This document shows, piece by piece, positions 1-13,000 of a stretch of 64,000 nt of DNA. The stretch's first letter is position 1, and each line of letters begins with the position of its first letter. The stretch lies in contig NC_068984.1 in NCBI RefSeq assembly GCF_001194135.2, positions 75,952,620 through 76,016,619 on the forward strand, in the 5' to 3' direction. This stretch comes from Octopus bimaculoides (lineage: Eukaryota). Under the pieces are notes generated by a model. The model did no database searches, was not told where the DNA came from, and saw nothing but the letters and a program-made list of their open reading frames with translations. The position numbers and the translations under genes are program-made.

Positions 1-224
1 TGGAGGTGATATATATATATATATAATATACAAATTCAAACAAAAATTTCAGCTTACTTTGGTCATTGCACTGGGCCATGCCGATACTTATTCTATTGAT
101 CTCTTGTTACAAACCCCTGAGTTACAGGCTGCAAACAAAGCTGCACAGACAAACACAAAATGCATGCACACATGCATATATACAATGAGTTGAGCAACAG
201 AGTGAAGATTAAATGCCTTGCTGT

Positions 225-371
225 ATTCATATAGGCTTCCACCCAGTTTTCATCTGTGAAATTCAATCACTAGGCCTTAAGTTATAGACACTTTCTCAAA
301 GTACCACACAATGGGACTAAACCTGGAATCATGTGGTTGGGAAGCAAACTTCTTACCACACAACCATGCCT
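225..371 (-). mobile_element. tRNA-derived CORE-like SINE (family A), decayed 5' half
   Basis: Reverse complement of the head of the 4618-5000 copy (catgtggttgggaagcaaacttcttaccacacaaccatgcc). Confidence 0.75.
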
Positions 372-565
372 ATGCCTTATATATGAATGTATATATACAG
401 GGTGTCCACAAAGTCTGGGTACAAGGAGTAACTAAAATCGTAACACAAACAATTAAATATAAGAAATAACAATTTCTTAAAGTATGTGTTAATCTCCACG
501 TACCCAGACTGTAAATAAAATAATAACATAAACAATTAAATATAAGAAATAATAANNNNNNNNNN

Positions 566-597
<32 letters not shown>

Positions 598-643
598 TAT
601 ATGTATGTATGCATGTATGATATATATCTATATCTACATATAT

Positions 644-823
644 ATAAGGGTGAAAAATTGAATATTAATTTGATTAATATCAATTTAAAACTAGTGGCCT
701 TGCATATTGAAAAATCTGAAGATTCAGAAAAATATTACATACATATAAGATATTTTTCAATATGCTAGGCCACTGGTTTTAAATTGATATTAATCAAATT
801 AATATTCAATCTTTCACCCTTAT
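644..823. repeat. Long inverted repeat, 72-bp arms (644-715 / 752-823), 36-bp spacer
   Basis: ataagggtgaaaaattgaatattaatttgattaatatcaatttaaaactagtggccttgcatattgaaaaat has its reverse complement at 752-823 with 3 mismatches. Confidence 0.92.
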
Positions 824-1129
824 TATTTAAATTTAAATAACCATGTTCTCTAACTGGCAAAATTCACTGCAGAGAATTATTTTCTGTATTTGGCACACCA
901 GAACGAAGACTTTTGAAATATAACCACAAATGTAATTGGTAGAACTATATACATGTTCAATCTCATGCGGACGTCTCATGTATAGTTCTGCAAATTATAT
1001 TGTCAAGATGATCATACTGAAGAGTGGCAGACAATTACGTAAGTGGTGACAACGAAACCGGTCTATGATTAATCTTTATATTTTGTATCTTTTCATTTAT
1101 CTTGCTCGCTTACGTTCTGGTGTTTACTG

Positions 1130-1620
1130 AATTTTCTTGAGAACAATCTTTTCTTAGTGGTCAGACCAGCTCTCACCATTTCTTCCCTTCATTTGGTTTT
1201 CTTTACTCTGCTGTCTCATTTATATACAACACATGTTTATAGCAGCACAGTCTCTTATTCTTCTTATGCCCATTTTTTCTCTCAAGTCACTCATCTTGCT
1301 TCTTCCTCCACACTAACATTACAGATCCAGTAAAGTGAAGCATACTTGCTTCGTTTCACACCAGCCTTTGCAGATCCTCCACATTCAATCTGCATGTTTT
1401 GCTATTATGTAACATCACACTTTATTCATAAGCATCATACAATTAGCCCTTTGCTTAGAGAGGACCTCCTCTATTGTCAACAAAGGTAATAGTTCCCTAT
1501 TCTTTTTCCTCCCAGTTCCTCTTCTGGCTACAATACTTTCAGAACACCAACCTCCACTGTTGATTAGGTCACCAAAGTTACAAAAGCTGTCAACTATTTT
1601 AGGATATCTTTTAAACAGAT
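1130..1620 (-). mobile_element. RTE-clade LINE remnant (RT C-terminal region)
   Basis: Minus translation with stops and frameshifts gives VDSFCNFGDLINSGGWCSESIVAR..., matching the RTE pattern VDSFxYLGDxIxSGGGCSESIxAR. Confidence 0.75.
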
Positions 1621-2590
1621 GAAGAAGTTAACTTTATAAGTACTCTTGCTATTAACTACACTTGGTACAGAAGAAGTCTTCTCTGTCAGCCTGATTGAAT
1701 AATACCTTGAGAACTTGACTTAATTATCTCTCTATTGTCATATTGCAGAATTTCCAAGATTTTCCCCCTATATCAAGTTTAAAATCCAGTGTAATCTTTT
1801 TATGGTTCCTTTTTGCACTACAACATTGATTTCCATTTGATCGTTTTTTTCCAGGCATCTTGAATTGTAGGTAAATCAAATAATGTCAGAGATCAACAAT
1901 TATCTACATCAAATATGTAGCAAAAACGAATAGCACCAGGAAAGAACTGCTTTGTGAAAGCAAAATAATTGTTATCATAAGTATGGGAATGAGAAATTGA
2001 AACAGTGAAGAAGTGAGATGGGAGGAAGCACTGCATGATTGCAGTTAGTTCAAGGGTTATCAGATCGATGGACACTTTTCCCTTTGCACCCTGGACTTTA
2101 GACAAAAACTCTACACTCTACTCACACACATCCACTGTGTTGACATAAAACCTATGTATCTACAGTTACATATTGTGCTGATATTACTGTAGTTGTCAGC
2201 TGGTTATTCAAAATTTGATGAGTTGTTAGTGGTAGTAGTATTGGTTTGTATTGTTAGTGGTAGCAATGGTCATATTGTTCTCGTTAATTGCATTCTTTTT
2301 TTGCTGTTTAGTATCAAGTCAATCTTCATTAACCTAAGATGAAAGACATTTCATTCAACTTTTAAAATACACTAGGTTTTCATATTATCTCGTGACTTTT
2401 ATTTTGTGTCTATATATATGTCTGTATACATATGTGTGTATGTGTAATCCAATGTTTTGTTAAGAAGTGTATGAAGGACTACATTATCTAATGTCCCAAG
2501 TTGTCCTAATGTGATTTAAGGGAGATTTGGATGCTGTTTCAGGCAAAATGAACAATCATGCTGACATTGCTTTGTTGATTACACATATAT

Positions 2591-2641
<51 letters not shown>

Positions 2642-3589
2642 TTGACAAGAATAGCAGGATCAGCACTGCTTCAAACAAAAATAACGTGTGGTATTTGCTT
2701 ATGGCTCTTTAAGTATAATCGCTTGTTTTTCTTCTTTCTGAAAAGCTGACCTTCGATTTGGTTTTGATGTAGAACAGCCAGAGTATGACTGCTAATGTCA
2801 CAGTAAGATGCAAAGGGAACACAGCCATCAAGCAATAAAATACCAAAAGTGTTAACTGCTTCTTGCTCATAATATGGTAAGTACCCACACTCTATTGAAG
2901 AAATTAATTGGCTATGTTGTGGGGGTGGGGTGGCAGAAAACATACTGCAAAAAGGGAGATGAAACTACGTTTTAGAGAATCATGTGGGACATGTTATGGG
3001 CAAAAAATTTAGTTATGCCCTTAGTTATCAATTGTCCCATTGTCAAACTATATCTTTATTGCTTCTTTTCTATATGTACTTTCATGGTCATTGCTCTAAT
3101 GAACTTTAAAATGTCACCTGCTTCTCTTTCCAAGTACATAGTTTCTCTGTTGAGCTTCCTGTTAATCATATTTTTTATATTCTAATAGTATTTTTCTTCA
3201 AACTGCTGCTCTCTGGAACTCATTACAATCATCTTGTTTTCTTTTGGTCTTCGATATTCAGTCCTTTAAGCTTTGTGTCAATCAACCTCTTCTGAATTTG
3301 TAGGCCCCTTCTTTGTAAAGATTTCCATAATAGTGGCCTCAAATCTTGTTTGGGACAAAAAGGCAAAATAAAATAATAACGGAAAAGAACAGCTACCCAG
3401 ATGTTAAGCATTATCTGCTGAATTATAACCAGTTTATAAATCATACTTCTGGTAAGGTGTTGGCAAATTAGACGAAGAGAGAGTGACACTAAATTGGTGA
3501 AGTGAAAGGTTATTAAGTCTGCTACAAAAGACTTTTGCACACTAATATATACTATTTACCATTAGTGCACCAGCTCCAGCATTTGATCC

Positions 3590-4060
3590 TCAGAAGAGGA
3601 GAGGTTGATAAAAAAAGTCAAACTCACTATCTTCATTTCAGCTTTCATGCATATCCTCACTTATAGTCACAAATGTTGGGTAATGACCTAAAGAGTATGA
3701 TTGCAAATATAAGCAACCAAAATGGGGTTCTTCCAAATGATCTCCAGAGTAATGTTACTTGAAGGGTGCATAGCTTGGAGATCAAGGAGTCTTTCCAGGT
3801 TGACTTGCTATTTCTCCACATTGAGAAGTCACAGCTCCAGTACTACAGACATGTGATTAGAATGTTGCAGGAAAGAATTGCAACATAGATTCTTCTAGCC
3901 AAGTGAACAGGCATGAGACCTAGGGGTAGATTTAAAATGAGATGGCCAGATAATATCCATATTCTCAGTAGGTCATGCTTGGGAATCCAATCAGAAAGTC
4001 TAATGAGAGTCACATCTGATAAGACCCTATAGAGGAGGTGCTTGACAATTTTACCCTCAT
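3590..4060 (+). mobile_element. RTE-clade LINE remnant (RT C-terminal region)
   Basis: Decayed frame KVKLTIFISAFMHILTYSHKCWVMT...ATKMGFFQMISRV, resembling the RTE motif KLxIxxSxFxPxLTYGHECWVMT...AAEMGFLRRISGV. Confidence 0.7.
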
Positions 4061-4264
4061 GACACTTTCAGGAATAGTTGGCAAAGAAGATGAATGAATG
4101 TATGTAATTCAGCAGACACTCACCAGTCTCATGCAATAAATGCATGAGATTATTTACAAGCCAAAATTTCAAATATCAATATTTTCTGCTAGACAATAAG
4201 ATTTTGGCATGAAGAAGCATATCTGAAAGGGTTGCATCCACTTTAGGTTCTGATCACTGAAAGG

Positions 4265-4508
4265 TTTCTTATTCAGACTGCTCTGTATCTGCCTTCACAT
4301 TATTCCACCAAGTGTAGTATTTATTCATTCTCATTGTTTTGAATTAATCATACTTTATCTCATAGCTTTGAGATTTCGATGATGTGGTTGTTTATTTTTA
4401 GAATGACATTGTAGGGTAGGTGTGAGAGGCTGAATCTGACTGGTTTGAATGTAAAACAGGTTGAATATTAGGGCCACATCTGGCCAGTTGAAATTCTAAG
4501 ATGTTAAA
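4265..4508. mobile_element. Decayed copy of piggyBac-like MITE family 1
   Basis: Internal sequence matches 44611-44813 (aattaatcat...tcatagctttgagatttc...tagaatgacattgtagggtaggtgtgagaggctg). TIRs are eroded. Confidence 0.7.
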
Positions 4509-4617
4509 GAATATGTAGCAGTAGGAGTGCATAGTTCTCTGGTATGCTCAAACTATACTGATTTTTCTATCAAGGGTTGACTTTGTCTTTGGTTCTATTA
4601 AAAAAATTTAACTAGGT

Positions 4618-5000
4618 GCAGTCATGGCTGTGTGGTAAGAAGCTTGCTTCCCAACCACATGGTTCCGGGTTTAATCCCATTGCGTGGCACCTTGGGCAAG
4701 TGTCTTCTATAGCCTCGAGCCAACCAAAGCCATGTGAGTGGATTTGGTAGGCAGAAACTGAAAGAAGCCCGTTGTATATATATATATATATATATATGTA
4801 TACATATATATGTGTATCTGTCTGTCTGTCTCCCCACCATTGCTTGACATCTGATATTAGTGTGTTTATGTCCTTGTAACTTAGCAGTTCAGCAAATGAG
4901 ACTGACAGAATAAGTACTAGGCTTACAAAGGATAAGTCCAGAGTTGATTTGTTTGACTAAGGTGGTGCTCCAGCATGGTCACAGCCAAAATGACTGAATT
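4618..5000 (+). mobile_element. Near full-length tRNA-derived CORE-like SINE (family A)
   Basis: A-box-like tggctgtgtggtaag, B-box-like ggtttaatccc, CORE-like accttgggcaagtgtcttctatagcctc, internal (TA)n tract, and a 3' part ending ggtgctccagcatggtcacagc...atgactgaa. Many related fragments in the window. Resembles the octopus OR-type CORE-SINEs (name unverified). Confidence 0.8.
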
Positions 5001-7357
5001 AGTACTTGCAGTAGATATATATATTGGAGCAGGTATTTTCTGAGACCATTTCTGAGTAACTGTTACTTTCTGTGTATCAGAGTATATTGTCGCAAGATTG
5101 CCATAGACAATCAAAAATCGTAAGAGCTAGTAAGATGTAACTGAATAAGTTCTCTAAACTATCTATTCAGGCTCTCTTATTTTTTATTAGGAAGCTAGAA
5201 AAAAAAACCCAACAAAAATACCAACAACCAAAACAAATGGAAACCAGGGAAAACATTCAAAGACATTGTGCTCTATGTAACCAGTAATTAATCAAGTATT
5301 TAACCCAGTCTAAGAACAAAGCAGCCAATTTCTACTAAAAAAAAAAAAAAAAAAAAAAAGATATCTAGTAAGTTAGGGTAAATTTCTTACAATGTGATAT
5401 CAAGATATTTCATTAAAGGTTTATTTTAAATGCAGGTGTAGATAGCTAATTATAAAGGAATAAAGCAGACTATGAAATCTGAATAATGCTTCCCAGCATT
5501 CTATTATACATGGAATATAAGATTAAAACCATGGTAATAATTTATATGAGGGATACTAAGAATTTTTTTTTTTTGCATTTGGTTGTTAAGATTTGTAGTG
5601 TGAACTCATGTGCTAAAACAGATTTTCACAGGAGACTATAAACACACATTCATCACAGAGTTCTACAGAATCTATTGAAATTGCATTTTGTCTGATTATT
5701 TTATGTCATCATCTATGAACAACTGCATCATTAGTTACAAAATTCTAATGGATCAATCATTGGTTCTCTGCATTTTTAAAGGTAAAAGGAGCACCTGGAA
5801 TTCATTGGACCATGAAAAACAAATTTTTCTCTAAAAGGGGTTCCTGCACAATTCTTGTCAAAAAGAATTTTGTCCATATGATATAGATTAATTTGTTGCT
5901 ACGAGAGAACACACTTGCAGAAAGAACCAGAGTGGGAACTTTAGACCACATAATTGCAAAGTTCTTAACCATACAGTAATGCCTGAACCCATTTAAACAA
6001 TATTTATTGATATTGGTAACTTCCTTTATATTTTGAGTTTGTAAGAAAAAGTTACTTGATAAATGAGATGACTCATTTTAAAAGAGTACTGCTAGAATGA
6101 ATATATCACAAGTTATATCATCATAGCATTGTGAATTAGGCTTTGCATGTTTATCCAAGCTATATCTAACAGCCACTGACCCTAAGCTACAAAATATGTA
6201 AGGGTATTCAAAAGATTAGAAAGCATGCTGCCAGGTAACTCAAATCATATTTTGTTAGAAAATAATCAAAAGATGATGATGCAAAGAAGTTAGATGTAAT
6301 GAGAAATCAAGTCTGTCCAAAATGGTACTGCTACAAATGAGATATGTCGAAGTAAATGTAATGAGAGATATGTACAGAAGTGTACTGCTTAAACAAATAC
6401 AATGTATTTCAAGTAGATCCTCCTGGCACACTTCTGACATCAGAAAGAAATGCTGTTAGAGACATCTCAAACTACATTTAGACAGCAAAGAATCAAAGGA
6501 GTTGATGAAAATGAAGACAAATTGAATATTAGAGGCTTTTTGTTTTTTTCTTGAGAACCAAATGTTCTTTTGGCAAACACCAACAGTTTTCTGTGAGACC
6601 CACTCAACATTCTGAAGGAAATAATGGCTATTAGTGGTAGCGAGGAATAAAGATTTCTTTGAAGATTCATGATCAAGAAGACTTAAGCTTTGAGATATGA
6701 AACCAATTCAGGATAGTAAATCAAATAAGTTAGTTTTATAAATAAATACCTCACTCGACACAATAACCATTAAAATCCTGAAAATATAAATAGTAAATGG
6801 AGATGACAGATATCAATTAACCAATATTTTTGTTCAATTAGAACTAAATATCAAGCTACAAGAAAAAGTTAAAAAAAGCATTCAGTCATAGATCCTATGT
6901 CACAAAAATACTAAAGGTAAAACCATTTTTCTTTTTTCTTGTTTGTTAAAAAAATAAACTCACTAAATATGTGAATTAAAGGAGCACAATGACTCAACTA
7001 GGAAGTGAAACAGGACTGAAGACTTGATTTATTGGTAGTAAAATTGTACCCCTGCACACAATGCGTTCCTGACAAATCTCTCAACTCATTACTCAAACAC
7101 ACAAGACACCTTATCTGACCTTCTGTCATATTTTAACTTATCACCTAGCACAAAGCCATCTCCCTTGATACTACTTTCCTCTCAGTTGAGGGGTACCTTG
7201 TCTTGCAAGGTACTTGGTACCCTACTGGTGTTGGTATTAGGAAGAGCATCCAATCATAGAAACCATGCAAAAATGGAGGGAGCTTGATGCAGTCATCCGG
7301 CTTGCTACCTCCTGTCAAAACATCCAGCCAATGCCACCTGTATGGAAAGCTGATCTA

Positions 7358-8475
7358 TGAGGGGGTACTGAAAAGTAACCAGAAACGTTCTCTGTGGGAT
7401 AAGCCCATTGTAGTTCAGGCTTCCGCCACTAGAAGCCACTTGATTCGACCCTCTCAGGTTTAAGTCTGCCAACCAGCATTAGCATTGAGTTAAGTTGTAC
7501 TGGTGCATCTTTCTCCCTTGCTTGCTGATTTTGTGATGGCTGAAGTGAAGGAACAGTGTGCTTCCATGAAATTCTGTTTTCTGCTGAGGTAAATGGTGAC
7601 CAAAGCAGTTGTCATGCTTCAAAAAGCTTATAAGGACACTGCCATGAGCAAAACACAAGCTTATGAGTGGTTTTATATGCTTTAGGAATGGTCACTTGTC
7701 GCTTGAAGACCAACCTCATTCAGGGCAACTGTTGACCTCCTGAACAAATGAAAAAACCATGAAAATTTGTGAACTGATCTTGGAAGACCATCACCAAACA
7801 ATTGATGAACTTGTTGATATTACTGGTGTGTCCTGAAGCTCTTGTCAATGAATTTTGAGTGAGGAATTGCAAATGAAAATTTGTACCTTGCTTGCTCACA
7901 GAAAATCAAACGCAGTCATGACTGAATGCATGTCACAAACTGAAAGAACTGTTGGAAGTTGATCCAGACCTTTTTCTGAAGGTCATCACTGGTGATGAAA
8001 GTTGTTGCTATGGCTACAACCCAGAAATGAAGCAGCAATCAAGTCAATGGAAGCTTTCAATGTCACCACATCCCAAAAAAGCGCATTGAGTGAAGTCCAA
8101 TGTCAAGATGATGCTGGTTTGCATCATTGATGCAAAAGGAATTGTCTACACAGAATTTGTTCTTCCTGGTCAAACTGTTAACAAGACATTTTACTTAATG
8201 GCATGACTCCGCTTACTCACCCAATCTTGCTCCCTGAGACTTATTTTTGATTCCCCGAATGAAAAAAGTACTTAAAGGAAAACGTTTTGCAAATGTGGAA
8301 GAGATAAAGAAAAAATGATGGAGGTGTTAAAAAGCATCACTTTACAAGAGTTGCAGGACTGCTTCAAACAGTGGAAAATGCATCTGGATTGATTGATGCA
8401 TTGCTTCAAATGGTGAATACTTTGAAGGTGCTAAAAGTTGCAAAATTCCGGTTTCTTTTGGGTACCCCACCCTCA
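7358..8475 (+). mobile_element. Mariner (DD34D-type) transposon, internally deleted pseudogene copy 1
   Basis: TA flanks (7356-57, 8476-77). Imperfect TIRs tgagggggtactgaaaagtaacc / ggtttcttttgggtaccccaccctca. Decayed transposase MAEVKEQCASMKFCFLL...TGDESCCYGYNPEMKQQSSQW...WHDSAYSPNLAP*D...LKGKRF. Confidence 0.9.
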
Positions 8476-8635
8476 TACATTTACATTTCTTAATAGCTTA
8501 GTTAGTGCCTCTAAGCCCGGTGAGAAATTACAAACAAATGATAATTTCATTTCTATTACATCCCTTTAAATCCAAACTTATTTTTACCTTGCCTTCTATT
8601 TGACAAAGTTATTTTTATATATTAAAAAATTTTAA

Positions 8636-8938
8636 CCATAAACTGCTGGGATTTTGCTGTATGTAACACGAACTGCTGAGCCTATTTTGGTAAACGTCAA
8701 CATCGATCTATCACTCGAAAAAAATACCCAGTGTTTCTTAACACCTTCTGTGATTGATTACACTGTTTCTGGGGTGAAAGGGTATCGTGTGCATACATTA
8801 TACGTCATCAAAATTAGGTCAGATCATGCCCTACTTCCGTGGCCACGCACATGACCTGTCGCACTGTCACGTTGGCCACTGAGGTGGCCTATCGCACTGT
8901 CGCATTGGCCACTGAGGTGGCCTATCGCAGTTTATGGG
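8636..8938. mobile_element. piggyBac-like MITE family 2 (303 bp)
   Basis: TTAA at 8632-35 and 8939-42. TIR ccataaactgc / gcagtttatggg. Subterminal 33-bp tandem repeat. CpG-rich relative to its flanks. Confidence 0.75.
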
Positions 8939-9334
8939 TTAAACAATATGATCTTATTTACAGAATAGCTAAATATCAAGTCTTGTGCTAAATTTTTCTT
9001 TATCTTCCTCTATAATTTGCACATTTTGTCAGAGACAAAAGAGCAAATTAATTAGTTTGAACTCAGAAAGTCATCAGTTTCTTTTTATTTAGATTTTACT
9101 ACTTTTTTTTTTTACTTGTCATTAAATTGTAGCCATGCTGTAGCACCACTTTGAAGGGTGTATGTTGTTTTTAAAATTGATCCCAGTATTTACTTTTAAG
9201 TCTGGTACTTATAATATTAGTCTTTTTTTGTCAACTACTCAGTTGCAAGGATGCAAACAAACCAACACCCATTGTCAGGTAGTGAAAGACACAAAAATAT
9301 GCACATGTGCATGCACACATATACAGACTCTCAG

Positions 9335-9483
9335 ACTTTCATGAAGTTTTCAACAACCAAATTCACTTACAAGGCACTGGTTGGCCTGAGGCTGTAGTAG
9401 GAGTGCTCAAGGTGCTATACCATAGGATTGAACCTAGAATTATGTGGTTGCAAAGTCAACTTCTTAACCACACAACCATACCT
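9335..9483 (-). mobile_element. CORE-like SINE family A fragment
   Basis: Reverse-complement match to the SINE head and core. Confidence 0.65.
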
Positions 9484-10036
9484 GTTTTTGTGTATTTGGA
9501 AATATGGAACTGAGTAAAAGTATGCAGTCAAGGAAACTGGTACTTGCTCATGGAAATGAGAAATTGAATTATACTATAACTGTATTTTGTTTATAAAAAC
9601 ATATGTAGTGTGAGTAAAGGTGTGGTTTGGTGGTAAGAGTGATCTACAACCATAGGCTGCATGTTTGATTCTTGGCCTGAGTGGTGAGCAGTGTCTTTAT
9701 GTAAAATACTTCATTGCACGTCACCTCATTCCCCTCAGCTGAAAATATGTATTATCCCCGTCTGCTTGTGATTACATACGCACTTAAACAATTACTGAAA
9801 GCATGGCACATCCTACCAGCTCATGTTTGCTTAGGAATGACAGATACATGCAATATCTTTGTGCATGTAGTTAACACAGATTTGCAAAGTCAAGTGCATA
9901 TTTCTACATACCAATTAAGAAAATGAGAAGCCAACGAGTGAGAGAGAAATAGAAAAATAGACAGAGGAAAAAAAAAAAGCAAGAAAGAGTGAGTGAGAGA
10001 GAAAGATAGAAAAATGTAGATATCTTTCTAGTCTTC

Positions 10037-10042
10037 TTTATT
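10037..10042 (-). terminator. Candidate distal polyadenylation signal (AATAAA)
   Basis: Minus strand ctcTGTAtcAATAAAgaagactagaaagatatctaca|tttttctatcttttc: upstream UGUA, canonical hexamer and U-rich downstream element, at the end of a repeat-free 1.2-kb UTR-like tract. Confidence 0.4.
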
Positions 10043-13000
10043 GATACAGAGAAATACTGCCAATGAATCACAACCTCTTTGTAATTAATAAAAGCAACAT
10101 TTCACATGCACTCAATAGCTGACTTTATAAAGAATTATCCTTTTTTTTGTTTTTAAATATAAATAAATAAAATAAAATAGAATAAAATGAAATAGAAAAT
10201 AAATAGTAATTAAAAATAAATTGGAAAAAAAAAAAAGAAAAGAAAATCACTTTTGGAAGTACACTCTACAAAACTTGTTAAACTCAAGTTGAGAGGTCTT
10301 GTAGAAAATGCCTGAAACACTCCAAAGAATAGGCAGTGTAATGCTGAAGAAAATAGTTGACGTTTTTTGCTTTTGTTCTTTCTTGTCTATGAATACAATG
10401 GTACAATATTATAATTATTATTAGTAGTAGTAGCTGCTGCTGCTGCAACAAGAGCTAAAACCCTCGTTATGAGATGTAACATATTCCTTGATGAGAAGAA
10501 TTATTTTAATGTAAGGCAAACATACATGCAGACATACCCACACACAAACACTAACCCCTCACATTTTCTGTGTTTTTTTTTTGCATCCACACAATGCAAT
10601 GAAAAATAAATAAAATTATTATGATGAGAATTAATGTAAGTCAATGTCCCAAAAATTATGATTATGATATTGAAAAAAAAATAATTTAAAATTTAAAAAA
10701 GCATAAGATGAGAATGTCCAAGATAAAAGAAAAAAAGTTAATTACAATGTCACTATAACCTCTCCTCAGATTATTTAAAAAAAATTAATTAGCAAAACTG
10801 ATTATCTTAAAATGTCTAAGATGAGTTGTTAATAAGATCATAATTTTGTGGACTATTAATTTTGGTGGCCTAGTGGTTTAGAAATAAAAGTGTCTAGTCT
10901 GGTACTGTGTACACATCCAGAAATAAGACACCTGATAATGATTGGAGATCAAACTGATTGAAATGTAGAAAAGATTTAAAAAAAAAAAAAACTTTCAATC
11001 TCTAGAGAGATGAGATTAATAATCCAAAAAATTGCAATCTTATTGATTCACTGTTTAGCAAGAAATAAACCTATAGAAGAGCAAAAAAAAATCTTTGATA
11101 TGAAATAGGATGTGAAGGTTCCCACTAACCGTTTTTATTTGCACATAGTATGTTTAGCTGGGGGAACTCAACTTTCTTCAGATAATTCATTATGAGTAGT
11201 TGGAAAAGAAAAAGAAGAAATGTTTGTAACAGACTGAACTTAGCTAAAGGCACCCAAAGCCCAAATAGTGGTGTTAAACCAATCTAAAACAGATACAACT
11301 CCTCTGATGGTTGTTGACACAGTTTCCATCTTGCAAATTCCAGGTAATAGGCTTTGGTTTACCCAAGGCTATGAGAGGGGGTCATTTGCTCAAAGTGTTA
11401 CTTGGATTGCAACTGAAATAATATAATTATGAGTTTTGAACCATATAGCCATGCCTATTACTCACAATGACCAAAGACAGAAATTTTAAAGCATAAAGAG
11501 GAGAAGAGTCTGTAAAGAAATGTCTCAAGCAGGAACTGAACCTATGTCCCAGACAGTGGTCAATGAAGGCTTACTACCACATTTCCTGGGTATGATTAAA
11601 CTGCATCCAGTAAACTGATTTGCAAGTTCCAGGGTTTTGACGAGTGCAGAACCCCTTTTGGCCACTATTGTTTCCATGTCTATTCTGACATGGAGTAGCA
11701 GCACCTGTCAGGGTCCCACCTATGGGTTAATTAGTATATTATGACTTGCCTACCAATGCATATGAAGACTGGATCTGGTTCAATGGAGGGAAGGTGGTTG
11801 CAGCAACACACATTGTGAATGTAGAGAGCAAGATGAGGCAAGTAAGCCATCTTGGTCATCCACTGCATCTGTCTCTGTCCCCAGTCATCTTGACCTAGTC
11901 TTGCCATTGGATTGAAAATGGTCACATATGAGAATGAAATTGATAATGTGCAACTCTTCTTCACATGAAAAAAGTCACCATGCAAGTCATCAACCATTCT
12001 TCAGTACGACTAGATGGTCCACGTTGTTCTGACAGAAAAACATTGACTGCCACTACACAATGTAAAAAAAAAACAAAAAAAAAACTTAGTCTTTCAGGGA
12101 CCTTTAAGAACTAATCATTCAACCTTGCTTTGACATGCACTGAAGAGGATGTCAGTCTAATGCTGGCAATATTTCCAAGTAATCTGTAATATTCCTTACA
12201 TTTAATTGCAGAGAAGTAATGTAAGACAACTGCTTCGACACACAGAAGATTTGAACTCATAAACTATGAGTGAATAGCCTTGTGTATTACCCATTCAGTT
12301 TTCTTGTTTCTTGGCCCCACTAATTTGTGCCCATATTATGGATACAGAAGAGTAAATAATTAAGAAGTTATGGATATTAACTGAAGTGTGTTAGTGAGTA
12401 CATTCTTGTGTTTCAATGATTTAAAATTAAATTATAAATTAGGTCTTCATGGCTGAATGGAAACATCGTTTTAAATATATCAAACTGAATTTTCCAATTT
12501 TGTATATTTTGTTTTTATGGAAACACACATTATATATATATGCATATATAGATATGCACACAGACAAGCACAAATATATGCGTGTGTGTGTGTGTTAGAT
12601 ATATGAACGTATATATACAGTGCTGTGTGTAATTTTTTGTGTGTATAAAACAGAATGCAAGAGCAAGAAAACTGTAAGAGAGGAGTAAAAAAAAATGGAA
12701 AGCTTTATGTATGGTCTGAAAGAGGAAAAAATTATTTCTAACACAGGTACAAAAGTCACAAATTTTGAGGGAGGAGTATAGCTGATTTATACCCACTTCC
12801 CCTGGTAATTATTTTATTGGCCTAGGGAGGGATAAAAGGCAAAGTTGATCTAGGCCAAATATGAATTTGGATTGTAAGGCATTTCTGTTTGGTGCTTTAC
12901 TGATTCTGTTATTGACAATCTGTTTTAATAATAACAATGATAATGATAATCTTTAATAGAGGCAGAAGGATACAGATTTGGGGGTAATGGTGTAGTCAAT

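Noticed and set aside
2746-2876. Plus-strand segment ending ATG|gtaagt
   Set aside because: Stops in all frames and no partner exons on the + strand.
2671-2943. 90-aa minus-strand ORF in the track
   Set aside because: No recognisable motif and a non-ATG start; the overlapping alternative frame is the more protein-like one.
8859-8929. CRISPR-like appearance of the 33-bp palindromic repeats
   Set aside because: The units are adjacent with no spacers, there are only two copies, the context is eukaryotic, and they lie inside a MITE.
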